Assembly (NCBI GenBank): GCA_043228905.1
Contig: JBHGNT010000001.1
Location: forward strand, 17,236,001 to 17,300,000
Direction: 5' to 3'
Origin: Azolla caroliniana
Lineage: Eukaryota > Plantae > Polypodiophyta
DNA: 64,000 nucleotides
The notes beneath the pieces are model-generated. The model saw only the letters and a program-made list of their open reading frames with translations, was not told where the DNA came from and made no database searches. Positions 25,471-37,510 of this stretch are shown here, piece by piece. A program made the position numbers and the translations under genes. Position 1 is the first letter of the stretch; each line of letters opens with the position of its first letter.

Positions 25471-25768
25471 GATAAATATTTTGATATTCTTATTTTATTT
25501 ATTTATATGTAATTAAATCGGTTATATTATTTTTACTTTTTCACGTAGTGTACGAAATACACTACGACACTCGCCCCCTCCGAACCCGCACATCCTCCGG
25601 TATGTGCCGAAGTTGCCGATGCTCGTTATCTCCCCTTCATCCTCCGTTTGTTCCGCTATGTCAACTTTGTCTCTCCATTTTGAGTAGACCCATTCTTTCC
25701 ACCCAAACCATTGTCGCCATCCGATCCACCATATTCTTTGTTCTCTCTCGTCATATTCTTGGCCCTTG

Positions 25769-27547
25769 TCATTCGTGGTAGTGTCTTTTATTGGCCTCTT
25801 TCTTGTCTTCATCAACCTTGACTTTTTTCCGGATCGCTCTCATCCGATCGACTTTCGGTTTGATCGGCTTCCGATCGGATTCGTATTCGGCCGAATCGGA
25901 ATCGGTTGTTCGGTTTCGATTGAGTCGGTCTCCTTCCGGCCCGGTTTCGGTTGGCTTTCTTTTCCTCGTTTTCACCAGCCTCGACCGGTCCAACCTCCAG
26001 TTGAGTCGGATTAGCTTCTTTCTGGATCGGTCTCGTCCGATCGGCTTTCGGCTAGGTCGGCTTCCATCCATATTCGCGTTCGGCCAAGTCAGACTCGGTC
26101 CATCGGTTTTGACCGAGTCGACCCCTTTTCGGGTCGGCTTTCTTTCGGGTCGTCTTTCGGCCGAATCCTCTTTCACCCGGTTCGGCTTTCTTTCGGGTCG
26201 TCTTTCGGCCGAATCCCCTTTTACCCGGTGCGGCTTTCTTTCGGATCGGAATCCCGTCCGGATCACCTTCCATCCGAACCGGCTTCCGACTTTACCTTTC
26301 TTGCCGCCACCTCCTGTCTCTCCGGTCTCACGTTGGTTCTCGAATACAACCGCCGAAGTCTCTAGAATTAGTGGGTAGGAATCCTCGGTATTATCATCCT
26401 CCGTTTTTTCACCCATAGCCATATTCTTGGCTATCTCTCCGTCATACGCATCAGCTTCGACCTTTGTTTTCTCTCCGCCACCTTCTGTCTCTTCGGTCTC
26501 ACGTTGCCTTTCGAACGCAACTGCCGGAGTCTCTGGAATCAGTGGTGGGGAAGTCTCGATATGGCCATCCGCCATTGATTCGTCCATAGCCACCTTCGAT
26601 TCGATGTCATGTTTCATGGCGACCTCCTCAATCAAGTCCTCCTTGCTCTCTTTCACTGCATCAATTATGCAAACATCAATTATGCTTACCCCTTTTTCAC
26701 CCGATGTTTCGGACACTTGTATTCTGAAATCTTCTTCTACACTTGGGTTATCGGCCTTATCCTTTGTCGTTGTTCTTTCGCAATACAAGAGGGTAGCTTG
26801 TTTTACACCCTCTTCCGTCGCACCATCATGTTGTATTTCGGCCTTCATATCGGCTCCATCGTTTGTCTTCAATCGACCATCCTTCATCGGCCATGTCGTT
26901 GACAAGATTCTCATCTTCCTCTCATCATGTCTCCGGCATACCCTTTGGACTTCGGCCCAATCTTCAGTAAGACCATTCGTACCGTCATCGTCTTCGAGTT
27001 CAATCCCAATGTCCATCCCTTCTTTTCAATCGATCGATTTTACGAACATTAGGACTTTATCCTCCCCCACCAATCGTTGTTCCCGCTCCGAGAGTTGAGC
27101 AAGACGATGCTCGAACTCTAGGAATGCTTGTGTTGCACTTCGGTGGGTCTTCTCCGATGCCACACATTCGTCAAACTCGCGTCGATCTTGTCCCTTCGAT
27201 CTCTCGTAGTCATATGCCTCTTGTAAAGCTTCTTCAAAGGACCCCCATGTTGGATTTTGTTGCCGTATCTTGTAGATTCTTTCTTGTAACTCATCCGTGG
27301 CTACCCGACTGAAGGATATCACTTGCAATCCTTCCGGTATCCCACATCGCATCATCTCCCCTTTGTAGTCACGTAGATAGCGTGACACATCATTTCCGTT
27401 GAATTCCCCATTTCGTCGCACAAGCCGCTCTACTGCCGCCTTCATCTCCATCATTGCGCGTTGTTCTTGTTGCATCTGCTCAACCATCATCATCATCATG
27501 TTCATCGCCTCTTGTTGATTCTCTATCCCCTTGCCACCCGTCTTCAC
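25769..27547 (-). pseudogene. Element C gag-derived ORF of ~590 codons with one in-frame TGA at 27026-27028
   Basis: Listed ORFs 27026..27547 and 25769..27016 share a frame; N-terminus FNGNDVSRYLRDY is homologous to B gag FSGKDATSYLEAY; charged, repetitive C-terminus. Confidence 0.8.
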
Positions 27548-30500
27548 GTCGGGTTCACCAACTGTGTCGTGCCTTTCGGCTCTGGATCGTTGCGTGAGTC
27601 GGGTGGGAACCGCCGAGGTTTTGGACTAGGAGGAAGAAAAATACAAATAAGGCTAGTAAAGAATAGGTATAAAGAGTTATAAGATAAGAATCTCGTGAAT
27701 CCCACGAGTTTAGTATATTTAGTCCATATTTAGGTAGTAAGAGAGAATTATTTTAGCAAATTCGTGAATCCCATGAATATTTTAGATTGATTGATCATTA
27801 TAGAAAAATAATCAACAAAAACTACAATGTGCTCCCCATCCTTATATAGTGATGGGAGAGACTAAGCATAGCTACATGCTTTTTTCTAATATGTTCATGC
27901 ACACTAAATGTGCATGTGATGCTTTTCTAATCCTTGCTTTTATTTGCTAAATATAGTGCTCATGCACGTTAGATGTGCATGAGTCACTTTTTAGTTGCTT
28001 GCGTTTTTCTATAAAATATTCACGCACTCTAAAAATGCATGATTTACCTTTTAATAAAGGTAGGCGCAAATAAAGCACTTATAGTTATTAAATCTATTTG
28101 TAGAACACTAAAGATAAGGTAGCATAATGGTAAAGTTGAGGTTTGGCTACGTGGAGGTACAAGGTTTGAATCTTGCCCTATGCACGTGATAAATATTTTG
28201 ATATTCTTATTTTATTTATTTATATGTAATTAAATCGGTTATATTATTTTTACTTTTTCACGTAGTGTACGAAATACACTACGACAACGGTACCAAAGAA
28301 GAACGGTACGCTGCGCTTCATCTAGGACTTACAACTGGTCAACAAGGTGACCATCCGCAATACAAGAGTTGGACCATCAATCAATGAGTTCGCGGAAGCC
28401 TTCGCCGGAAGGTCCATATACTCAGTCGGAGACCTTTACTCGGGTTATGACCAGTTCCAGCTGGCCGTGGAAAGCAGGGACATCACAACAATGCAAACCC
28501 CTCTCGGCCTAGTTCGAATGTGTACCCTACCACAGGGAGGGACCAACTTGGTGGTACACATGGTAAATGCAATGAACAGAGTCCTGCGGGACTACATTCC
28601 GGACATCACCATGCCTTTCTTGGATGATATTCCTATAAAGGGGTGTCCGGAGGACACCAAGGATGAATCGATAAGCTCGGACAGGTGCCGAAGGTTTGTC
28701 ACTGACCATATCTCCGACTGCAAGAAGATACTACAAGGGCTCCAAGGCACGCGACTTACCTTCTCGGGAGAGAAGTCGGCCTTCGGACAGCCAAAGATCT
28801 TAGTGGTGGGCCATCTATGTGGGCCGTATGGACGGAAGCCATCGCCGACCAAGGTAGAGGCCATCTCGGCAATGAAGGAGGAGTGCGGATCCATCACAGA
28901 GGTCTGACGATTCTTAGGAGCATGCGCCTTCTACCACATATGGATCCCTCATTACGCGCACATCGCCGAACCACTCTACGGCTTGCTAAAGAAAAGCAAG
29001 AAATTTGAATGGACAAAGGAACATACCGAGGCGGTCCAGAGGCTAAAACGAACGCTCACCGCGGCACCAGCTTTACGCAAAGCGGAATACGCACCGGAAA
29101 CTCCGGTCTACATCACGGTGGACACCAGCTCGACCGGGATCGGATGGGTCGTAAATCAAGAGGACGAAGACGGCAAGCGTTTCCCTATCCAGTTCGGTGC
29201 GAAGGTACTGAGCGAGCGACAACGAGGATACGCCCAAGTCAAGCACGAGCTATGGGGTATCGTTTCGGTAGTTAAGGTCGACAAAGATTATCTAATCGAG
29301 ACAGAAGTGATTATAGAAACGGACTACCTGTCGATTCTCGGTATGGTCTCTGGATGCGCAACTCCCGACCTGGCCATGCTCAGGTGGATTGCGTACATAA
29401 AGTCCCTGAACCCAGAGATACGACACATCTCGAGTAAAGACAACGCTATGGCCGATATGCTTTCTAGAGCAAGGTTCGAGGACGAGGACGGCATGGTATC
29501 GAAGAATGAAGAAGTCGGCGCGGACTTCTTCGAATTGGCAAGGATGAGGATAAAAAGGAGAAGCGCTCCACCCCTGAATGAGTTCGACAAGGACGACTAT
29601 GACGGGGAGTGGCTTCTGATCGGAAGGTTTCTAAAAACAATGACGACAAACCCCGCGATGACTAGGAAGGAGGCAGGACAGCTCTGAAAAAGGGCATACC
29701 GGTACTTCTTACAGAATGGGAAAATCTGGAGGGTCGTAAAAAGGTGAAACGACATGCCGCTTCGAGTAATAGCACGGGCGGATGGTCAAGAGAAGCTAAT
29801 ATCGGAGTTGCACGAAAGCCCTTGGTCTGGACACTGGGGTACATGGGCCACATTCGAGAAGTTAAAGGAGAAATATTGGTGGCAAAGTATATATAAGAGC
29901 GTGCATGACTTCGTGTCCATGTGCGAAAGCTGCCAGATGCACTCGGTGGTTCGACACCGCGACGAGCTGGACCCAACCTACCCCCCGGCCGTGCACTTCA
30001 AATGGATGGTCGACTTAGTAACCATGCTGATAGGAGAGGGTTAGAAGCGATACCTGGTGCTGGCAAGAGAAGACCTAACGAACCAGGTAGAGGGTCAAGC
30101 ACTAACGAACAAGACCACCACGACAGTATGTAAGTTTCTGATAGAAGATGTCATATGCCGATACGGGTGCGTGGAAAAAATCGTGGTTGACCGAGGCGAG
30201 CTAGACATGGAACAGGCCGAGGAACTGTTTGATCGGTTAGGTGTAAAACTATCCCTCACGATTGCGTACAACCCGGAGGCAAATGGAAAGATTGAGCAAG
30301 GTTACGGTCCGATCGTAAAAGCCATTGTACGCGCGTGCGAAGGACGAGTTGGTGACTGGCCGAGGTTGCTCCCTTATGTGCTATGGGCGGACAGGACTAC
30401 CCACAGTTCGGTGACAGGTTACATGCCGGTGGAACTAATGTTCGGACAGAAACCCATCATGCCAGTAGAGTGGATGATCGCCTCGTGGACGGCGATCGAT

Positions 30501-31769
30501 TGGGCCAATGAAATGAGCCGAGAAGAATTGCTTGCGGCCCGAATCCGGCAACTCGAGCGAAGGCCAGAAGATGTGTAGTGGGCCACGATGAGGGTAAAAG
30601 AAACGAGAATCCGGAGCAAGGCCCGGTTCGACCGGACACACCGTCTCCGGCCAAGGAAGATCGAGGAAGGCGATTGGGTGTTAGTCTACGACAACAACCT
30701 CAACAACCACCATAGGTCTATGCGTGAATTCGCAAAGTGATGGTTCGGGCCATACATGGTAATTAGCACCAACGATAATGCGATGTATAATCTCACGGAG
30801 CTCGACGGGACCCGAATGACGACTCCGGTGACCGGGAAGTGGATAAAGGGCTTCAAAAGGCGGAGCGAGGTAGAACCGGACCCAGGAGCCAAAAGCGCTG
30901 GTTCAAAAGGGGAGGACGAGTAGCAGATGGCCTAGAATCCGTCACTAAAATCGTTGCCTGACACATAACAAAGTATGTGCGGTTTAGTGGGGGTGGATGT
31001 CGTGAAGATTCCGGGTCATCGGTAGAAACAAAGTGAAACGCGCGGGAGCACTGGTGTACACGAGTGCAAACCCCTGGTGAATTAGATAGTGTAAGTACTA
31101 GGCATAGGGAAAGGGGAGGTGTACTAGGTAGTTAAAGCATTGATAGCGATTCAGACATCGCGTAAGTAGGGAGAGTTACGAGGAGAGCGAATAAGGGGGG
31201 AGAATTTAGGAAGTTAAAGTGACAAGGCCATGAATGCTCTGTAACGATCGCTCACTTGTGCTATAAAAGGGGCGACCCTCGACTGTTTTTAGGGGATGTC
31301 AATTTTAGAGAGAGGAAAAAGGAAACAGAGACCAAAGAAGACGAGGAGTCCTATGATGTGCCACCGGAAGGCGCTTCCCCTGCTCGCGTCAAACGCCCGA
31401 GTGCTCCCGACCGGGGAATTGACCTTCTGTGTGCCCACCCATCTCCGTACCTGACTATTGTAGAGCCTATGCTCGAACACCGGCACTGATCCAGTTGTAA
31501 TCACCCACAATGCCACACGCATATATTGATTAATAAAAGCTTATCCACCTAACGCAAGTTATTCTTAACATACATGTCTACGCATGTGTCCACGCACGTT
31601 CCTCTTACGCTCTCTCTCTCTCTCTCTCGTTTTGCTAATATTTTTTATTAAACCCCGGTCTTGGGGTTCACGTAAACCACATACTCTCCCCCATCACTTC
31701 TCGATTCCTTGGTTCAAGACACTCGTGGTCCTGTCCAACTTCTACGCATCCGTGAGGATATCCTCGACA

Positions 31770-34719
31770 ACGTTCCAGAGGTTCGGTTGAACTTGATATC
31801 AGTCGGTCGGCTAGATGATGAAGGCTACATGGGTAGCATCCGGAATGGAGTCATGAAATGCAACAAAGGAAGCTTGATCATGGCTCGAGCCCAGAAGATC
31901 AACACGTTGTACCTGATGCATGCCCGAATATGCCGAGAAGTAGTGAACGTAGCATCCGATAATGATGGTGAGCTATTGCACAAGAGACTGTGTCATATGA
32001 TCCAAAAGGGGATGAGAGGACTTGCCGAAGATAACCTCATTCCAGAGGTTAAAGATGTGTGTCTTGAGAAGTGCACCGATTGCTTGGTTGGCAAGCAAAA
32101 TCGAACCTTCTTCTGGTCAAGACCACCAATGAGACGGAATGCATCATTGGAGTTGGTGCATACCGATGTGTGTCAACTGGACACGAAGTCGCATGCTGGA
32201 TCGCAGTACTTCATGACGTTCATAGACGACCACAATCGGAAGCTGTGGGTCTCACTGTTGAAGTTGAAGGATTAGGGTTGTCCGTCTTCAAGGAGCTCCA
32301 TGCAAGAGTGAAACGGGAAACCGGCCGACAGCTAAAGGCGGTTCGAGCAGATAATGGAGGTGAATACCGGGGGCAATTCGAGGAGTATTGTCGATCGAAG
32401 GGAATCTGGCTCGAATTAACCGTGCCGAAGACACCGGAATTGAACGGCTTGGCTAAACGGATGAACCAGAGCATAATGGAGAGAGTTTGAAGCATGCTAG
32501 CACATGCAAAGTTATCTAAGACCATTTGGGCTGAGGTGCTGATGACGACAATGTACGTGATTAACAAATCACCCTCAGCACAGTTGGAAGGAGACACACC
32601 ACAAAGACTATGGACTGGTAAAGACGTGTCTTACTAGCATCTGAAGGTGTTTGGGTGTCTCGCATATGTGCATGTCGCAAAGGACAAGAGAGAAAAGTTG
32701 GACCCAAAGTCCCGACCATGCAGATTCCTTGGATACGATGATGATGAGTTTGGTTATCGAGTGTGGGATCTGGTTGACAAGAAGGTGTTCCGGAGTTGGG
32801 ACATAGTCTTCATGGAAGACAAGAGCATTGCTGACTTGGAGTCGGAGAAGAAGAAGATGGACTCCGGATCAACCAATGAAAACCGGTTTGAGGACACAAG
32901 GACTTCCTCGGTTGAAAATAGAAACTTAGCCGGTAACCGGATGACACTTGATGATCCAACCGGATTCGGATAAGAAACCGAACCGACCGATGACAAAGAA
33001 GAAGAAGTCATCAGAATCGGACAAGACCCCGAATCAGATTCGGATTCGGAGCAAACGGAGGAACCAGTGGTCGAAAATCAAGAACGGAGATATCCTCTAA
33101 GAGAGAGCAGAGCCCCCCAGAGATTTCTGGATGCAGAGCATGTGCTGGTAACCGATGAAGGGGAGCCGGAAAGCTTTGAAGAAGCAAATAAAGATACCCA
33201 CAGTCGCAAGTGGTTGAGTGCCATGCAGGATGAGATGGATTCCCTGCATGAGAACCATACATATGAGCTGACAGAGCCGCCAAAAGGAAAGAGGGTACTG
33301 CGGAACAAGTGAGTGTACAAGCTGAAACCGGGAGATGCCGGAAATCCACCAAGGTACAAAGCTTAGATTTCAGCAGAAGAAAGGTGTGTATTTCGAAGAG
33401 ATCCTCGCCCCGATTGTAAAGATGACATCCATCCGAATTGTATTGAGCATAGCAGCAAGCATGGACCTTGAGGTCGAGTAGCTGAACGTCAAGACGACGT
33501 TCCTTCATGGTGAACTCGAGGAAGAAATCTACATACATCAACTAGAAGGATTTGTGAAGAAAGGGGCATAACACCTGGTATGCTAGCTAAAGAATAGCCT
33601 ATACGGTCTGAAGCAAGGCACCCGGAAATGATACCGGAAGTTCGACTCCTTCATGACTGACCAAGGGTACCACAAGACACAAGTTGACCACTCTGTGTTT
33701 GTGAAGAAATTTGATAGAGGAGACTTCTTGATAGTCCTGCTATATTTGGACGACCTGTTGATTGTCAGACAAGACCGAATCAAGATCTGAATGCAGAAGA
33801 AGGCCTTGAACCAGACCTTTTCAATGAAAGATTGGGGTCTGGCAAGACAGATACTAGGGATGCATATCATCGGGGACTAGTCGAAGAAGCTGTTGTGGTT
33901 GTCACAGGAGAAGTAAGTGACAAAGGTGCTTCAAAGGTTCAACACGTGGGAGGCGAAACCGGTCCGATCGACAGTGTCGGGAAATTGCAAGTTGTCTGGA
34001 AAGCAGAGCCCAAAGACAAAGGCAGAGAAGTCGGATATAACGAAAATACCATATGCCTTTGCCATCGGAATCTTAATGTACGCAATGGTGTGCACCGAGC
34101 CGGATATTGCATATGTTGTCGGAGTAGTTAGCCGGTTCATGAGTAATCCGGGAAAAGAGCACTGGAATGCGATCAAGGGGATACTTCGGTATCTGAAAGG
34201 CAACTCGAGTATGTGCCTTCGGTTTGGCACCAGTAAACCCCTACTGGACGGATTTACAGATTCGGATATGCCGGCTATGCGGATACCAACCGGTCTACAT
34301 TCGGATATGTCATGACTTATGCAGGAGGAGCCGTATCGTGGCCGTTGAGGCTGGAGAAGTCTGTTGCACTGTCGACAATGGAAGCGGAGTACATGGTAGC
34401 TATGGAAGCCGGCAAGGAAGTAATCTGGATGAAGGACTTTATTGGAGAGCTAAGGATCTAGCAAGAGGAATTCCAACTCTACTACGATAGTCAAAGTGCC
34501 ATCCACCTTGTGAAGAATGCGGCCTTCCATTCCCGGTCCAAGCACATCCAGAGAAGATATCACTGGCTCTGGGAGAAGGTCGATGATCAAGACTTCATCT
34601 TGATGAAGATCCACACGAAGGAGAACGAATTGGATATGCTGACCAAGGTGCTTTCACCCGACAAGTTAGACGCATGACGAAGATGAATCAGACTAACAAG
34701 AAATCCCATGCTGGAGTGA
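31770..34719 (+). pseudogene. Copia A pol (GAG-pre, integrase, RT, RNase H), resuming after B
   Basis: VPEVRLNLISVGRLDD continues LKDV*H at 11658; LVHTDVC, RADNGGEY, LLYLDDL, YDSQSAIHL. Confidence 0.9.
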
Positions 34720-34912
34720 AGGGGGAGTTGGTTCCTTCCTCATATAGTGATAGTTGGAGCTTGTGGGCTCCCGTGGTTTTTTTCCTATTAGGGTTTTCTA
34801 CGTAAACATCATGTGTCGTCTCTTCGGTATAAGTGCACGAACATCCACTTCTATTTTTTGTTCTTTCATAAAGTGTTTGAGTCTCGGTTGTGGCCGACTG
34901 CTATTCCTCACA

Positions 34913-35787
34913 CTACTGGCTCTGTTCTGGAGCTTGTCCCATGCTCCATTTTTGACATGAGGACTTCAAACTCCTTGGCCCTTGCCAACTCCTCCTCTAG
35001 GCTCCGAATCTGATTCTTCGGGTTTTATCCAATTCTTCGGTTGTTGTCAGCAACCATTCCACCCATCTCCGCTGCATGCGTTGCTCTTCATCTATCTGGT
35101 CAGCCACACGGGATACCTACTTCCTAAGCCATTCTAACCATGTTGTGTGAGTACAACGAACTGTTGTACTAGCTCTGGCCTTACTTCTTGCTCCTCCCAG
35201 ATCCATTGTGCAAACAACTCCACTTGCTCTGGTGTCTGCTCCGATTGAACGTTCCTCTTGTTGTTGTTGCCCTCGAAGACCCGATGATGTATTTTTGTCT
35301 AACTCTAGTTCTGGTTGAACCGTCTTCACTGCTTCTGGTCTGTTCGTTGGCTCCGTTTCTGGGTTGGGTTCCACCACTGTTGAACGGGGAATCAGTGGAA
35401 TGTCCTTGTCCGGACCCGATCCTTCCCGCTACTGCTCACTGTCGCACTTCCTTGGGTGACGTTGGAGGGTTTTGGCTCGTTCTTCTTCATACTCCTCTTC
35501 TACGGTTTCCTGGTTTACCCTGTATACTAGTTCCTCCTCGTCTTTGTCATGCCGGTGTAGCTTTATCTTGATCGGTTTTGCCATCTTTTCCGGAACTCTC
35601 TCCACTGGCTCCTATCCCGGAGTATCAGACACTTCTTCTTCACGCCGAGACAAGTCCCCTGTTGTCCATTGAGGGTTATGTTTTGGATGGCTTGTTGGGC
35701 ATGGTGTCCAGTTGGCCTCGCTTCTTCGGCTTGATGGTGTGTGTCAGAGGTAACAATATCGTTAGCCATTGTGCTAATCCACCATTT
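34913..35787 (-). mobile_element. Element E, 5' piece of the accessory ORF
   Basis: GGLAQWLTILLP...KPKKRG and WLEWLRK match F (AGIAQWLTVLVP...KQKKRG; WLRWLSE). Confidence 0.8.
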
Positions 35788-36963
35788 GACAAACAGTAGG
35801 ACACGACTTGTGTCCAGAACGGTCCGATCGAGCACCGAAAGGCGCGCAAAGCGATCCTCAAACTCCCGGAGGAGTGCCGACGCATTTCTTCCTTTGTTGG
35901 GGGACTCCACCCACTCCATGAAGCCCCGCTTCGAAAGTCGAAGCGCGTCATCCACCCCGTATTTCTCCAGGAGCCGTCCTTCGAACTCCTCCCAGGTTCG
36001 GCTCTCCACCTGGACCTCGAGCACCTCCGCATGGATGCCCGGCATCGCCACTCGAGGGAATCTGGCAAGACGCCTCTCTTCCGGAATATCCCTCATCAAC
36101 ATCTCCGCCCGGTAGGACGCCAAATAACTCGTGGCATCCTTTTCACTGAACCGGCCGATCATACCGACGATCGCCTCAATAGCCCTGTCAAGGGCGTCGG
36201 TGCCCTCGCGTGCGCTCACTATTCGGTCCATGGCCGAAGCCATGGCCTCTGCAAGATCCGACCCCCTCATCTTCTGCTCCTCTGCCACCTTGTTCACATC
36301 GGGTTCACCAAATATGTCGCGTTGTTACGCGCGTGCGTGGAGAAACGAGGCGGGACCACTAGGATCTTGAACCGAAGAGCAGGTGATAGGAGGGGAAAGA
36401 GAAAGAGAGAGACGACCGGTAACGTATGAGCAAAGAAACACAGGGACACGACCCGTCAACGCAGAAAACACGAATGGACACAGAGACAGAGAGACACGAA
36501 TGTTTGTATATTAACAAATGACACAAAACAACAGAGCACGCGAGCGGTTACAACCGAACAGGCCAGCGAACAGATGCCGATGCCTGCTCGTTTGCGCACG
36601 AAAGGGGATAGGATGGAGGTGCTGCCGGAAGCACACGGGCGTTCCTCGAAGCAGCGTGAGCCTCCCGAAATCCTGCAGAGAAGAGCGATGGAGAATGAAC
36701 AGAGGAGAAGCGTTTGGTTACAGTCCGACAACACTTCATCCTCCTCAATGCGCGATTCCTTTCTCCCCACGCCTCCCTCTCTTTTATAGCTCCAAGAAGG
36801 GAGCCGCTTCCCTCATTAACTTCCTACCTACCGAATCTAACTACCTAGGATATACCTTTGTACCTAATCCTTTATTATATACATTAGAGGGCGCGCACGC
36901 GTGAAGAGCCGGTTCGCGCGCGTTATACACCGATTGCGCTAAGGGACGGTTTTCTTCACGACA
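35788..36963 (-). mobile_element. Element G: Phygy-like 5' fragment (LTR, PBS, partial gag)
   Basis: LTR 36315-36963, PBS-Trp 36293-36310, gag MRGSDLAEAM...FSEKDATSYL; CCGG on the right flank. Confidence 0.85.
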
Positions 36964-37510
36964 CCGGGACTAGTCGAAGAAGTTGTTGTGCCTATCACAC
37001 GAGACGTATGTGACAAAGGTGCTTCAACGATTCAACATGTCGAAGGCGAAACCGGTCGGATCGACACTTCCGGCAAACTGCAAGCTATCCGGAAATCAAA
37101 GCTCAAGGACAAAGGCAGAGAAGATGGATATGATGAAGATACCATATGCCTCTGTCGTCAGGAGCTTGATGTACGCCAGCGATGGTATGTACCCGACCGG
37201 ATATCGGATATGCAGTCGGAGTGGTAAGCCGATTCATGAGCAATCCCGGAATAGAGCACTGGAACACGCTCAAGTGGATACTCTGGTACCTGACAGACAC
37301 CTCGAGTATGTGCCTTCGGTTTGGCTCCGGTAATCCCCAACTTGATGGATTCAAGGATCCGGATATGTCGGCTGATTCGGATACTAGCCGGTCTACATCC
37401 GGATATGTCATGACTTATGCAGGGGGAGTTGTTTCCTGGCAGTCAAGGTTGCAGAAGATGGTTGTGTTGTCAACCACGGAGGCGGAGTACATGGCAGCTG
37501 TAGAAGCCGG
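36964..37510 (+). mobile_element. Element L: A-family Copia RT/RNase H fragment (continues at 49626-49727)
   Basis: MVCTRPDIGYAVGVVSRFM...LSTTEAEYMAAVEAG, then EIIWMKDFIGELG at ~49633. Confidence 0.85.

Larger units (their letters stand above)
24848..28286 (-). mobile_element. Element C: young non-autonomous LTR element (gag-like ORF only), inserted in the RT of B
   Basis: 722-bp LTRs 24848-25569 and 27565-28286 (about six differences by eye); tRNA-Trp PBS 27543-27560; PPT GGAGGGGGCGAG 25570-25581; perfect 4-bp TSD ACGG; no PR/RT/RH/INT. Confidence 0.92.
11659..31769 (+). mobile_element. Element B: DUF4100/Phygy-like Ty3/Gypsy, full length, inserted in A
   Basis: 772-bp LTRs 11659-12430 and 30998-31769 (TGTCG...CGACA); PBS 12435-12452; gag from 12477; DUF4100-like 'LQKVLEERVLDS...EVLGIARREFHD'; protease LIDHGSEIN; RT PFLDDIPIKG; RNase H; integrase; PPT-like TGGGGGTGGA; 4-bp TSD ACAT/ACGT. 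Confidence 0.9.
6206..34912 (+). mobile_element. Element A: Ty1/Copia (Tnt1/Tork-like), full span, hosting three levels of nested insertions
   Basis: 5' LTR 6206-6481 + ~10258-10523; PBS TGGTATCAAAGC 10527-10538 (tRNA-iMet type); PPT 34713-34727; U3-deleted 3' LTR 34728-34912; TSD CTACC/CTACT. Confidence 0.85.
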
